Part shown: piece by piece, positions 1-18,858 of the stretch | How the letters are laid out: every line of letters starts with the position of its first letter | How positions within the stretch are numbered: the stretch's first letter is position 1 | Notes under the pieces: generated by a model | Databases searched by the model: none | What the model was told of the DNA's origin: nothing | Seen by the model: the letters and a program-made list of their open reading frames with translations, nothing else | Position numbers and translations under genes: made by a program | NCBI RefSeq assembly: GCF_032191835.1 | Contig: NC_083239.1 | Location: 32,984,001 to 33,048,000 of the forward strand | Source: Heteronotia binoei | Taxonomy: Eukaryota | DNA length: 64,000 nucleotides | Reading direction: 5' to 3'

Positions 1-239
1 GAGGTCTCCGCACCTGCAAGGATATTTCATTTTCAAAAAAATTTCATCCTTGATGGGACTCTCTTAGTGATTCATATATAATATTGACCCATTGTTTCTT
101 TGCCTAGCCAGCGTGAGCATTTGTATTCCTTTGAATGAATGCGTGCTTATTGCTTTGAACTGTATGTTTTCTGTAAATTGTGCAATTCATTAATTTGTAT
201 TGAATTTGTGAATACTAAATAAATGGACTTTCAGAAGCA

Positions 240-352
240 TTAAGTTGTGGGATTTTCGTAATGTTGATTAGTTTCAGGAATTGTGACTAATTGTTAAGTT
301 GTGGGATTTTTGTAATGTTGATGAGTTTCAGGAATTGTGACTAATTGTTAAG
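240..352. repeat. Two-copy ~55-bp tandem repeat
   Basis: ttaagttgtgggatttt(c/t)gtaatgttgat(t/g)agtttcaggaattgtgactaattg repeated twice. Confidence 0.85.
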
Positions 353-440
353 ACATATTAGTGAACATGGGTTTCTCCAGGCTTCCAATCTAGCTGTGTT
401 CTTTCCCGTTTGGTTGGCCCACCTGGGGATTGGCAGCCCT

Positions 441-486
441 AGATGGGTCACTGGCCTGATCCAACATGGCTTCTCTTATGTTCTTA
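441..486 (+). mobile_element. Very short CR1 LINE 3' tail
   Basis: gatgggtcactggcctgatccaacatggcttctcttatgttctta, nearly identical to the end of the CR1 copy at 28270-28312. Confidence 0.75.
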
Positions 487-1076
487 ACCCACGCCCCTCC
501 CTCCCAGTTATTCTATTTGGAATTTGCTCCAATGAAGTGCTTGAGACATGATTGTCTTTTTGGAATGTGACAGAGTTGTGATGATGCCTCTTCGGCAAAG
601 ACAGAAGGAGAACTAAACATCATCTCCTTTCTAGAATAGTCTTTATTGAATATTGGGATTGTACAGCACTTTATAGAAAGAATTTGTGAGAACTGGAAAC
701 ACAGTTTACGGACCTTCTTACTGGACCTGACAGAATAAAGTATACTGCAGAATTGATGAACTTTTGTATGAACTTTGCTGAAGGTGAATTTTGATACAAG
801 CTGTATTTCTACTAATAGAGTTGCTAATTGCATAAGTTCATTACTTAGTTACTGTCACAGCTTTTGTCTTTACCTACCTGGAGGCTAGCAACCCGATGGA
901 TGTTAGAATGACTGATGCCCGCCCCAGACTCTACAGCATTATACTCCATTGAGGTGCCCCCCCCAATTATCCCTAAGCCCCCCCACTTCCAATCTCCAGG
1001 AATTTCCCACCCCAGAGCTGAAAATCCTCTGCAGAGCTTTTGACTGAGCAAAGGCAATGTGCTGAATAGCTCTGGG

Positions 1077-1244
1077 CAGGGGTGGAATTCTAGCAGGAGC
1101 TCCTTTGCATATTAGGCCACACACCCCTGATGTAGCCAATCCTCCAAGAGCTTACAAAAAGCCTTGTAAGCTCTTGGAGGATTGCCTACATCAGGGGTAT
1201 GTGGCCTAATATGCAAAGGGGCTCCTGCTAGAATTCCACCCCTG
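1077..1244. mobile_element. Palindromic hAT-type MITE
   Basis: CAGGGGTGGAATTC...GAATTCCACCCCTG, arms ~79 bp, perfect 8-bp TSD GCTCTGGG (1069-1076, 1245-1252). Confidence 0.9.
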
Positions 1245-2269
1245 GCTCTGGGGTTCACAAAGTTGATTTGAGCATGTGGGGTAGAAGGTTGAGACTGTTG
1301 GACTCCCAGGAGCAGGGATTGGGGGGAGGCTGCCTTGTCATCATGTGGCAGCCTCTTGCACACATTTAATTTCTTTATCTCTCTGCTTCTTCTTTCCCCA
1401 TTGGTGATCCAAAGCGACTTATGACGTGGCTCTCCCCTCCTCCTTTCTTTTATCTGGGGATGGAGCCTGGAGAGGACAGGGACCTCAGTGGGGTACAATG
1501 CCAGAGAGCATCCATTTTCTCCAAGCGGATAATGATCTCTGCAGTTTGGAGATAAACTGTAATTCTTGGGGATCTCCAGAGACGCTTTGGTGCTTTGGTG
1601 GGTGGGCTCTGGCACTGAACCCTACTGAGGTCCCTGTCCTGCCCAGGCTCCAGCCCCAAATAAAAGGGAGGAGGAGAAGGGGAGAACCAGGTTTTTGGCT
1701 GTCATTCCACTTTGCACCCTGCCATCCCAACGCTTCTACTAACCCCAGTCGAGAAGAGGAGAGTGCTGTAAGCTGCTTTGGATCCCCACTGGAGAGAAAG
1801 GAGGGGGTATAAGTGGATTAAATATCGTTTCTTAACATGTCTCATATGCTACGACCTTTTCGTGATGTCAATTTAATGTTTTCATGCTTTAGTCTTCTTC
1901 CTTCATTAGTTTTTTATTGTACTTTTGTTTCTCTTCTCCACAAGAGAGAGCAGAGAGGCCTCTGCTTTCTCTGGGCATTCCTGCTGTGTAACAACCTAAG
2001 CCATTCACACGAGGTTGATGGCACTACCCCTCCCTCCATTCCTGCCTTCTCCTTCCCTTCCATGATTTTTCTGGATAAAAGTGAGTGGGGATGATTTCCT
2101 TTGCATCTGAAGAAGTCAGCCCAGAGACCTTAATCCATCCCACATTTTCTTTGCACCTTTTCTTGTGCTTTAATATATTTCAGTAGATCCCATGCAAGTC
2201 AATAGGCATTCCTGGCTCCTATCCCATTTTCTCCAACAGGCTTTCAAATCTCTCCCCTTGTTTCCAGTG

Positions 2270-2441
2270 GGGAGGACAGGGACCTCAGTGGGGTACAATG
2301 CCAGAGGGCCCACCCTTCAGAGCATCCATTTTCTCCAAGGGGATAATGATCTCTGAAGTTTGGAGATAAACTGTAATTCTTGTTTCCTGTCATTCTTTTT
2401 AGTAGTCTTCTCCAGGTCCCACCTGGAGGCTGGCATCCCTA
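2270..2441 (-). mobile_element. Dispersed repeat ending TGGCATCCCTA (TAGGG(A/T)TGCCA-terminus family, probable non-autonomous DNA transposon)
   Basis: Same sequence recurs at about 1440-1580, 19920-20095, 53330-53535 (minus) and 33975-34178, 35797-36075 (plus). Confidence 0.55.
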
Positions 2442-2659
2442 AAACTTGGCAGTACCAAAGTCATTGGGAGCCTTTCCCAAATCAGTACTCCTGTACAGAG
2501 TGGTCCTCCTGAGAAGCCACATGGGGTACAATGGGTGGTGGGGGGGGAGAGAAATTGCAAACAAAATTGCAAAAAAATGCTCGCCTGTAAAAAAAAGGGG
2601 GGGACACATTCTTTTTTTCTATTTAACCATTCATCCCATTTTCTGAGTTGGCTGAACAG

Positions 2660-3006
2660 CATTGGATATCCAGAGTGTCCAACCCTGTGCAGAGTTGCTC
2701 CCAAGCAGCCCCATTGAGCTGCAAAGGGTCTCACGGATGACAGCCTGGCTGAAGTCCGCACTGTCCAGGCTTGGCTGCTGCTCCTCGAAGAAAGGGCAAA
2801 ATCCATTTTTCATTTGTCTGCACCACTGAAAGAGATAAAACAGAGAGAGCTGTTTGCTAGAAAGGCCAGTCAAAGAGGGGGGCAGGGGCAGTGGAAAGGC
2901 TCTTTTCCTGTTTGTGGATTGTGGAGAGGGGTTGGCTTCTGAATCGCCAAAGAGATCAGGAAGGCTTCAGAGAGAGAGAGCTGGGAAGGTCTACTCACAG
3001 GTAAGA
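2660..3006 (+). promoter_or_regulatory. Unit 1 promoter/first non-coding exon module, copy A (CpG-depleted)
   Basis: Homologous to modules upstream of each gene; ends in CACAG|GTAAGA donor at 3000/3001. Confidence 0.55.
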
Positions 3007-3305
3007 TACAAGGCAGGAGGAGGGATAAGCTCTTAAATCTTGGAAAAGAGAGATGCTGGATGTCATGTATAGATTCAGGTGTTGGTCTGAACCAGTAGAA
3101 CAAAGTTCAACTCTAAAGGCACCTTTAAGACCAATGAATTTTTATTCAGGGAAAAGCTTTGATGTGCAGACACATGCATTCAGATACATGGAAGTTACCA
3201 GTCCATACATATAGGTAGGGCGTGAACAGTCAATTAGTATGTAACATAATGAAGATGTTTTAATAGATTTCAGGACCAAACAGAAATAACAAGCTTAGTT
3301 TATAT

Positions 3306-3751
3306 CAGGGGTGGTGGCCAAACTTGCTTAATGTCAGAGCCACATAGCATAACTATCAGATGTTTGAGAACTGTAAGACATGAACATCAGATGTTTGAAA
3401 GCAGGAAGGGAGAGAAAGAGGCGAATAGATGGGAGGGAGGTAAAGGTAGAAAGAAAGCAACTTGAACTTTAAATGCATTCTCCAAGCCACTGGGTTGTTT
3501 GGCTCAGAGAAGTGATTTAAAGAGAGAAATGCAGTGGGGGCTTTAAGAGGCACACAATATATGTGGGGAGGAACGGCAGCTCAGTGGTAGAGCATCTGCT
3601 TGGTAAGCAGAAGGTCCCAGGTTCAATCCCCGGCATCTCCAACTAAAAAGGATCCAGGCAAATAGGCATGAAAAACTTCAGCAGCTTCATATGTTCATAT
3701 ATGTGTGAAAGAGCCACATGTGGCTCCTAAGCCACAGTTTGGCCACCCTTT
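3306..3751. mobile_element. hAT-type MITE with nested SINE
   Basis: CAGGGGTGGTGGCCAAAC...GTTTGGCCACCCTTT ends, perfect 8-bp TSD GTTTATAT; same family as 62086-62297. Confidence 0.85.
3566..3696 (+). mobile_element. tRNA-derived SINE, internally deleted
   Basis: A box (agctcagtggtag) and B box (ggttcaatccc), tail agcttcatatgttc, flanked by ATATATGTG duplication (3557-3565, 3697-3705). Confidence 0.8.
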
Positions 3752-4135
3752 GTTTATATGGTGGGGGTGGGGAGAGAACATAAATATATCGGGTGGGGGT
3801 GGGGAGAGAATATAAATATATCAAAATTGGAGACTGATAGGCAGATGTATGTCCCTTTTAATTGTGGGATGCTGAGGTAATTAACTGAGGCCCTGTTGTT
3901 ATGCCCCATCCATCTCCTCTCAAGCTGAACGCAGGGTCTCAGTTAATTACTCTCAGTAGCTCTAAATACTTTCAAAATATGATTTTCTGGTGTATTTCTT
4001 AGCTGTCTTGGTAGCCCTTATGGCGACAGAGAGGTGGGATCTGAGTTTTGTAAATAAAAATCAATTCTCAGCCAGGGAGATCTTAAGGAGGCCCAGAAAG
4101 GAGTCCCTTGCTTAATCAGGAGGGGTGGAATCATT

Positions 4136-4285
4136 CATGCCAATTGGCTCCTTCACACGCCATGCATTTGAGCCAGTGTCTGTTTCCCACACACACCAAA
4201 CACACACCATCATGCCAATTGGCTCCTTCACACTCCATGCATTTGTGCCAGTGTCTGTTTCCCCCCCACCCCAAACACACACCAT
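4136..4285. repeat. Two-copy 75-bp tandem duplication
   Basis: catgccaattggctccttcacac...cacacaccat at 4136-4210 and 4211-4285; single copy in paralogous introns. Confidence 0.9.
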
Positions 4286-4429
4286 CTGACCTTTCCCTGG
4301 GGTTCAGTATCTGCCCCTGTTTCTGCTCATCCAGGCGTCCCCTCTGCTGCCCTGACCTGGAGAGGGTGGACAGCCCCTGGCACCACAAGCAATGGCTGCC
4401 TCCTTCAGACCTTTCCAGTTCTGGGCGCT

Positions 4430-4671
4430 GCTCCTGAGGAAAACGACGAAAAGCATTTTTCATTCGTCTGCAGCACTGAAATAGTTAAACCAAGAGAGCT
4501 GTCTGCTAGAGAGGCCAAGCAAGCCGTGGTGGGCGGGGGCGGGAAAGCGGGAAAGCTCTTTTCCGGGGGGTGGGGGGACGGTGGGCTTCCGAATCACGGA
4601 AGACACCAGGAGGGGCTTCAGATACGCAAGGCGTACAGTCGGAGCCTGTGAAGGGCTCCTCACAGGTAAGA
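4430..4671 (+). promoter_or_regulatory. Unit 1 promoter/first non-coding exon module, copy B (CpG-rich)
   Basis: GC boxes (gggcgggggcggg), 13 CpG in 4521-4680, donor CACAG|GTAAGA at 4665/4666. Confidence 0.6.
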
Positions 4672-4913
4672 CGCGGGTGGGGGTGGGGAAGGATAAGCTC
4701 TTAAATCTTGCAAAAGAGGGATGCTGGCTGCCATGCATAGATTCAGGCGTTGATCTGAACCAGTAGAACAAAGTTCAACACCTGAATCTATACATGGCAG
4801 CCAGCATAGATTCTAGCGCCACCTTTAAGACCAACGAATACTTATTCAAGAAAAAAGCTTTGGTGCACATTCTCATGCACTTCAGATACACGAAAGTGGA
4901 AGTTAGCAGTGCA

Positions 4914-5716
4914 GGGGTGCGTTCACACGTCACATTAAAAGCAGGTGTGTAGCGCTCAAATTTGAACTGCTGAATATTGATTAGATGCAGGGCCGATCAG
5001 AGAGCATCCAAGAATGTGACTCATCCTGATGCAGGGCCAGTCAGACATCCAATACTATCATGCTCTTTTCTTGGTGCATGTGTGATCAGATGGTGATTCC
5101 TGGGAGGGGGGTGTCCATTGAACATGCGCCCACTGTTTGGAGGTACGAAATCAAACGTTGCTTCAGAGGTGGGGGGGGGGGGGAGTTTCCAGAATTAATG
5201 TTGCCAGTTCAAACCAGGGGACTGCCAGAAACTACTTTCTTGGAAATTGGCAGTGACAATGATACCTGGGAATCCTCCACATTGGAAAAAAAGATTTTTT
5301 TTCCTGTTCTGAAGAGTGGGATAATGTTCTCCTCCCCCCCCCCCCCCTTTTTCGATCCTGTGTTGATCAGAGAATCAGAAGCGTCACCTCAGATTCCCGG
5401 ATGATCTAGCAATGTGCATGTCTGCTGGGGCTTTTAAAAAAAAGAAAAAGAAAAAAAAGGTGGGAGGGGCGGTAAGCATTCCAAGGGGCACTATCGCGCG
5501 TGAACTGTCCAAACAGGAAAAAAACGATTGTGTGCCGCTTCTGTGAAAAAGGGCTGGACTTTCTGCGCTATCAAATTAACACAGCATTGATCCACAGCAA
5601 GCCAGGATGAGCCCGAATGACGTTCAATTGCCAGATGTGGATGTCTGGATGAACATATTTAATCCGTCAGCGAGACAGAGCTGTGTCATCACTAATGGTA
5701 CATCTGAACGCATCCC
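4914..5716. mobile_element. Non-autonomous DNA transposon, PIF/Harbinger-like TIRs
   Basis: GGGGTGCGTTCACACG vs reverse complement of CATCTGAACGCATCCC (13/16); interrupts the agtt...cagtccatacatatagg motif that is contiguous in paralogs; TSD unclear. Confidence 0.5.
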
Positions 5717-5736
5717 ATACATATATAGGTAGAGGG

Positions 5737-6242
5737 CAGGCCTATAGCCACAGGGGGGCCTGTGGGGGCACTGCCCCTGACTTCTACCCAGGGTCCCCTG
5801 ACTTCCAGGGTGCAGCATGATTCTCTCTTTCTCTTTTTTGCCATGGCTGAGCTGCCAGAGCATCAACAGTGGCAACCAGAGCTGGGGAAGCTGAGCAGGG
5901 CACAGTGCACTGCAGCAGCAAAAGCATCAGGCAGAGAGGAGAGAGGTTGAGTAGTGGGAGACAGAGGAAGCCACATGGAATGGGCAGGGGAGGGAGGACA
6001 GATGGAGCTGCAGGCTGCAAAGTGTCAGAGAAGGGGAGAGGGAGGTGGAAGGAAACCCCCCCTGCTTTCATGCATGGTGTAGTAATTTCTTTCCAAAGTT
6101 TTAGGGTTGGCTGCCTTGACTTGGCCACTTTCAAAAGCCTCCAGCTTTTGTCCCTACCCCAGAAAGGGTCTGAGAAGCAGCAAGCCCTGCAATGGATGGG
6201 AAAGGGTGCCCCCTGACTTTTCAAATCCTGGCCATGGCCCTG
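5737..6242. mobile_element. hAT-type MITE
   Basis: CAGGCCTATAGCCA...GCCATGGCCCTG ends; degraded TSD gtagaggg/gtaggagg. Confidence 0.6.
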
Positions 6243-6957
6243 GTAGGAGGTGAATAGAAAATTAGCATATGACATAATGAAGATGTTAAATGGATTCCAG
6301 GACCAAACGGGAATAACCAGCTTAGTTTATATGTTTATCATTTGTTTGCGTTTAATTGGGGGGGGACATATCAAAATTGGAAATTGATGGGCAGATTTAT
6401 CCTTCTTCATTATCGAATGCTCAGGTTGTTATCTCCCATTTATCTCCTCTCAAGCTTAATGCAGGGTCTGTTATGTACTCTCAGGGACTTTAAATACTTC
6501 CTGAGTCCTATTTTCTGACGTTTGTGAGCTGCCTTGCTGGCCCTTGTAGGGACAGAGAGGTGGGATCTGAGTTTTGTAAATAAAAATCAGTTCTCAGCCA
6601 CAGGGGGCTTAGGGAGGCCCAGAAAGGAGTCCCATGCCTGATCAGGAGGGGAGAAATCATTCATGCCAATTGACGCCTTCACATGCCCTGCATTTCAGCC
6701 AGTGCTCCTCTCCCCCCACCCCGACTTTTCCATGGGGGTTCACTCCTGCTCCTGTTCATTCAGGTGGCCTCTCTGCCCTGACCTAGGGAGGCTAGACAAC
6801 CACTCTGCTGGCTGCTTGGACAGTTATTGCCTATTGAGGAGATATCAGCAGTACAGAAGTCAATAATAGTCACTTTATACAGGGCTCAAGTTTACACTGA
6901 GACTTACCATCTAGAACAGACTGATTTCCCAGTTATCTAAAGCAAGATCCTCTAGAG

Positions 6958-7553
6958 CAGGGGTGTCAAACATGCGGCCCGGAGGCCAAATCAGGCCCCT
7001 GAGCAACTACCTGTCATCTGCTTCCTTCTCCCTCTGTCTTGCTTCCTTTTGAATAACAGATTGCTTTGCACGGCTTGCTTAATCGCGCAGGAGCTACAGC
7101 AAAACCCTCTGTTTTCTCCATTGGCTGAGGCTTCTCCCTTGGGAAGGAAGGGAGGAGAGGTATAGCTTTCTTTGCCAGGCTCTCTCAGTTGCACAGCAGA
7201 GCTACTGAGCCAAGCCTCTCTTCCTTCTATTGGCTGAGGCTCCCCCCCCTCCTGGTCCCCTGGGGAAGGAAGGAAAAAGCCAGAGCTTCCTTTGCCCAGT
7301 TCCCTGAATCCTATGGGAGACATACAAAGAAAGCACCTTTAAGACCAGCGAGTGCTAACGTTTTAAGCATGTTTTATTTTAAGGGTTTTTTAAAAAAAAT
7401 TAATTGTGTTTGTCTGTGTCATTTATAAAGTTTATATCTCTGCTACCTAATCTTAAATAGATACACACATGGACCGGCCTGATATGGCCTGGCCCCACAA
7501 GGTCTCATTTATGTCAGATCCAGCTCTCATAACAAATGAGTTTGACACCCCTG
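6958..7553. mobile_element. hAT (Charlie-like) non-autonomous element
   Basis: TIR CAGGGGTGTCAAAC/GTTTGACACCCCTG; TSD CTCTAGAG/CTTTAGAG. Confidence 0.88.
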
Positions 7554-7854
7554 CTTTAGAGACCTTTAAAGAGCCAAGTGGAGAACATTTACTTTCTTGA
7601 AGGAACAAAGAGGCATATCAAACAAAGCCTGATGCACAATGTAGCACATTTATATTAGTCTTGATCTGCAAACTGCAACAGAAACACACTTTCTGACCCA
7701 CCAGGTCAGTCCTTGAGTGTCTCTTGACCAGGGACATTGATGTAGTTCTCTTCACTTTTGGTTTCTTTCTGCATTTTTAAATCTTCTTTCCTCATCATAG
7801 CCACTTGAGTAAAGGTATCTTTCCACAGAGGCAACCCAAGAGAAGGGGAAGGAG

Positions 7855-15303
<7,449 letters not shown>

Positions 15304-17559
15304 GGATTCTTTCAGGGAGACGCTCTTCAACGGCATCTAAGAACCCACATAAGGAGAAATTATGTGACTACTTAGCCCAGAGTTATCAAACTCATTTGTT
15401 ATGAGGGCCGGATGGGACACCAATGTCACTTTGGCTGGGCCATGTGTGTCATAAAGCGTAATACCAATACAAGAGATAGGTATTCAGAAAGGACACAGGC
15501 AAATCCTATTAATTTTTACTCTGAATATAAACAGACACAGTATTTCCTTTAACATTCTTTAATAACTGGCACATCTTGCTCTGAATTTTTATACGAACAT
15601 TTGGAGCCAGCATCTGTGCTGTAGGAATCTTCAGTATGCTATTTAGTTGCGTATCTTTAAGCTCAGAATGTACTTTTGATTTATGGACATTTATTACAAA
15701 AAAAAAAGAATCTGTTCACAGCCTTAAGCTGGGGCTAATTTGGACCCCAAAAGTGGTAAAATTTGCTAATGCAAACTTAAGAAAACTTGTCCTTTAGCAC
15801 AGCACCCCAGTGCTCCCCTGCCTACCTGCAATTTGAGGCATCCTTTTATTGGTAGGTGGGGAGCAGCGTGAATGCCCCATTCTGGCAACTACTGACCCAC
15901 CATGCATAATCTTTCTTGATTAGGCCTCAACTTTAGAGAAACTTTTCCAGTACGTCGCCCTTCTCCCCCTCTTCTGGCTTCCTGGCACAAGTAGTCGTCT
16001 TCCCTCTCGGAAAATATAATTTCTCACTACACTAGATCAACAATTTTTTTCTATGTGGCCCTGGAAGCATTTTTGTGTGTGAAGCAGGGTTTCTTCCCCA
16101 TTTAGAGGGGTCTACCCAAAAAAGCACACATATAATATAAATTCTTCAAGGAACTGGAGCCACCACCCTCAGTACTTGCTCAGTCCACCACAAAAACTGA
16201 ACCTTCCACAGATTTACCAGCCCACCTGTCCATGACCAGAACTCATAAACCAGCCTTTTTCTTCCACCACCTCTGTGTGGTGGAAGAAAAATCCACTCTT
16301 CTCCAAATTTCAGGTCTGCTCCCACTGACTCCTTTCCTTGCACTCCAGACCCACTTAGAGACACCCATACCCACATGGTGCTGAGGTTCAAGCGTGAGTA
16401 CTAACAACTGGGAGAACTGGTTCATAAGCCTCACTCTGCCATGGAAGTTGCTGGGTGACTTTATGCCACTCATTCTGGCTAACGTGGGAAATCAATTGCT
16501 TGTGTCGAAAACAGAAGTTTAGGGGTGGAGCAACACTAGTGAGAAAATGGGTCACACATACACCCTGTGGTACAGAGGTTTGAGCATGTGGACTAACAAC
16601 AAGGAGAGTTCATAAACCCCACTCTGCCATGGAAGGTGCTGGATGACTTTAGGCCAGTCATTCAGACTAACAGACCTGCACCATTGTGAGAACAACAACA
16701 GATGAGACTAATACTTGTCAATGGTTTTGGGACCCCATTTGGGGAGAAAAGCCAGGTACAGACACCTTGAAAATAAAAATGATGCAACAAAATCTCATGA
16801 AATCTTGAAGATGGCTCAAGACTCCTGTCAGAGTTCTCTCAGCCCCACCTACCTCACAGGGAGTCTGTTGTGGGGAAGGGAAGGAAAGGAGGTTGTACGC
16901 CATTGACTCTGAGTGAAGGGCAGCATATAAATCCAATCTCTATCTCTCCTCTTCTCTTGAAGCCCCTCCGGGCCTGGCAGGGAACTCTGGGAGAGCCTCC
17001 AGGGCTGGCCATGACAGTGAAGGACTCAGGGAGACACTCTGGGCTCAGAGCAGTTTCATAGTACTGTTGCTGTCACCACTGGTGGGTAGTGGAGCCTGGA
17101 GTCATAATGGGGGGTGGGGAGATGGAATTCTCCCCTCCCCACACACAAAAAAAAAGCTCGTGGCCCTCCAACTGTTTTCTTAAAATTTTATAACATCAGG
17201 TCTGATAAAGAGTTCTGGTGAGGTCAAGTTCACAGTGTTTTGTGTCATATTGATTGGTCCTAATACAAAATATTACATGGATTTTGTTCTAGCTCTGCAT
17301 TTGTTCTCTGGCTGCCAATGCTGGGTTTGGGTTCCCAGAAATCCTATACCAAAGGACATCCCTAGTTACTTATAGAATTTTACAGCAAACAAAATTTCTA
17401 GTGAACTCATTCATTACTAAATAGGCACCATGCATTTTGCTGGTTCACATGAAGACATACTATGATTCTGCCCCAAACAGGTTGTGCCATCAGTTCTTCA
17501 TCACGTTATATGCTAATTTGCTGTTCAGCCCTGTCTGTTTGAATGGATTTCTTCCATTT

Positions 17560-17692
17560 CATTCAATCTGAAGAAGTGTGCTTGCACACAAAAACTCATA
17601 CCTTGAAGAAAACTTTGTTGGTCTTAAAGGTGCCACTGGTCTCTAACTTGATTCTCTTGCTTCAGATCAACATGGCTATTCACCTGGATCTA
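17560..17692 (+). mobile_element. Short repeat resembling reptile Penelope-like element terminus
   Basis: ctgaagaagtg...ctcataccttga...ttgttggtcttaaaggtgccactgg; reverse copies lie behind every first-exon donor (about 3060-3190, 4740-4890, 20700-20830, 38900-39030, 55683-55810); class assignment is from recall. Confidence 0.45.
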
Positions 17693-18591
17693 AATCGCTT
17701 CCAAGTTATAACAAATTTATGAACTCATCGAATTGTTACCAGCTTTGCTTAGGTTTTGCAAATGGAGGACCATGGCTTCCTTCATGGCCTTCATGGAGGG
17801 CCATGGTTTCCTTCATGGCTTCCTCCATCTCAAGTTGGGTCTTCTGCTTTGTGCTGCCTTCAGCTTTTCATGACTTTATTGTTTTTTCCAGTGTGGTGAG
17901 CCAGCTTGGTAAAGTGGGTAAGAGCAGCAGATTCTAATCCGGAGAAGTGGATTTGGCTGCTAGGGACAGTTCAGGCTTGATTTGATCTAGAAGTATGCAT
18001 GTATTTATACTTATTGAATCGCCAATCTGGGCAATGTACAATATCAATAAAAACATACACAATATGAATAAAAACATACACACACAAAACCATAGTAACT
18101 AAACAACACGTGATTTTTAAAATGGTGAATTTTCAGACTGCTGGCTACTTTGCAGGCAGGGAGAGGGGTAGTGCAACTGTAGAGAATGGGAGGGGTGCCT
18201 GCCAAGATGGAAACGGTCTCTGTCCTCAACTGAAGGCCTGGCGGAACACCTCCACCTTGCAGGCCCCGTGGAATTTAAAAGGTCCCAATTTGTCTTTTTG
18301 GTGATCTTCAATGCCACATACTCGGCATCAAATGCATTTCCCGTGTGACCTTCTAGTTCTCCAGGAAAAACAGCATTCCCAGCCTGGGAGTGGCATTTAT
18401 GTGTGTCAAATCCAATGCCTTTCCTGATATGCTAGATTTTTATGTGGGGGTTATAGAGAAATTGGCTTGAGCTTGGAGGTCTGTACAAAACCTCCTTTTA
18501 AAAGTTTTCTCTTTCTTAGCAGAGGAGGAGGAGAAGAAGCCAGTTGCTCACCAGTTCCACCCAACCAGGCTTTAGAAGTGCAAATGAGCCC

Positions 18592-18795
18592 TTTCCTTGA
18601 TAGCCCGGGCAAGCCCGATCTTGTCAGACCTTGGAAGTTAAGCAAGGCTGGCCCTGGCTAGTATTTGGATGGGAAATCCCCAAGGAATACCAGGGTTGTG
18701 ATGCGGAGGCAGGCAATGGCAAACCACCTCAGAACATTTCTTGCCTTCAAGCCCCACTAGGGGTCAACAGAAATCAGCTTGAGTGGATGGCAAAA
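18592..18795 (+). mobile_element. 5S rRNA-derived SINE
   Basis: Head cccgatcttgtcagaccttggaagttaagcaaggctggccctggctagtatttggatggga resembles the 5S internal control region; tail gcaggcaatggcaaaccacc resembles RTE/BovB 3' end. Confidence 0.75.
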
Positions 18796-18812
18796 ATATT
18801 TAAAAGAAATGG

Positions 18813-18858
18813 AAATAATAATGATAATAACTATAATAATAATGACAACAATAATAAT
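18813..18858. repeat. (AAT)n-like microsatellite
   Basis: aataataatgataataactataataataatgacaacaataataat. Confidence 0.85.

Noticed and set aside
3566-3642. tRNA-like cloverleaf with GGT anticodon loop
   Set aside because: It is the head of a SINE with SINE body/tail and flanking duplication; acceptor stem is imperfect
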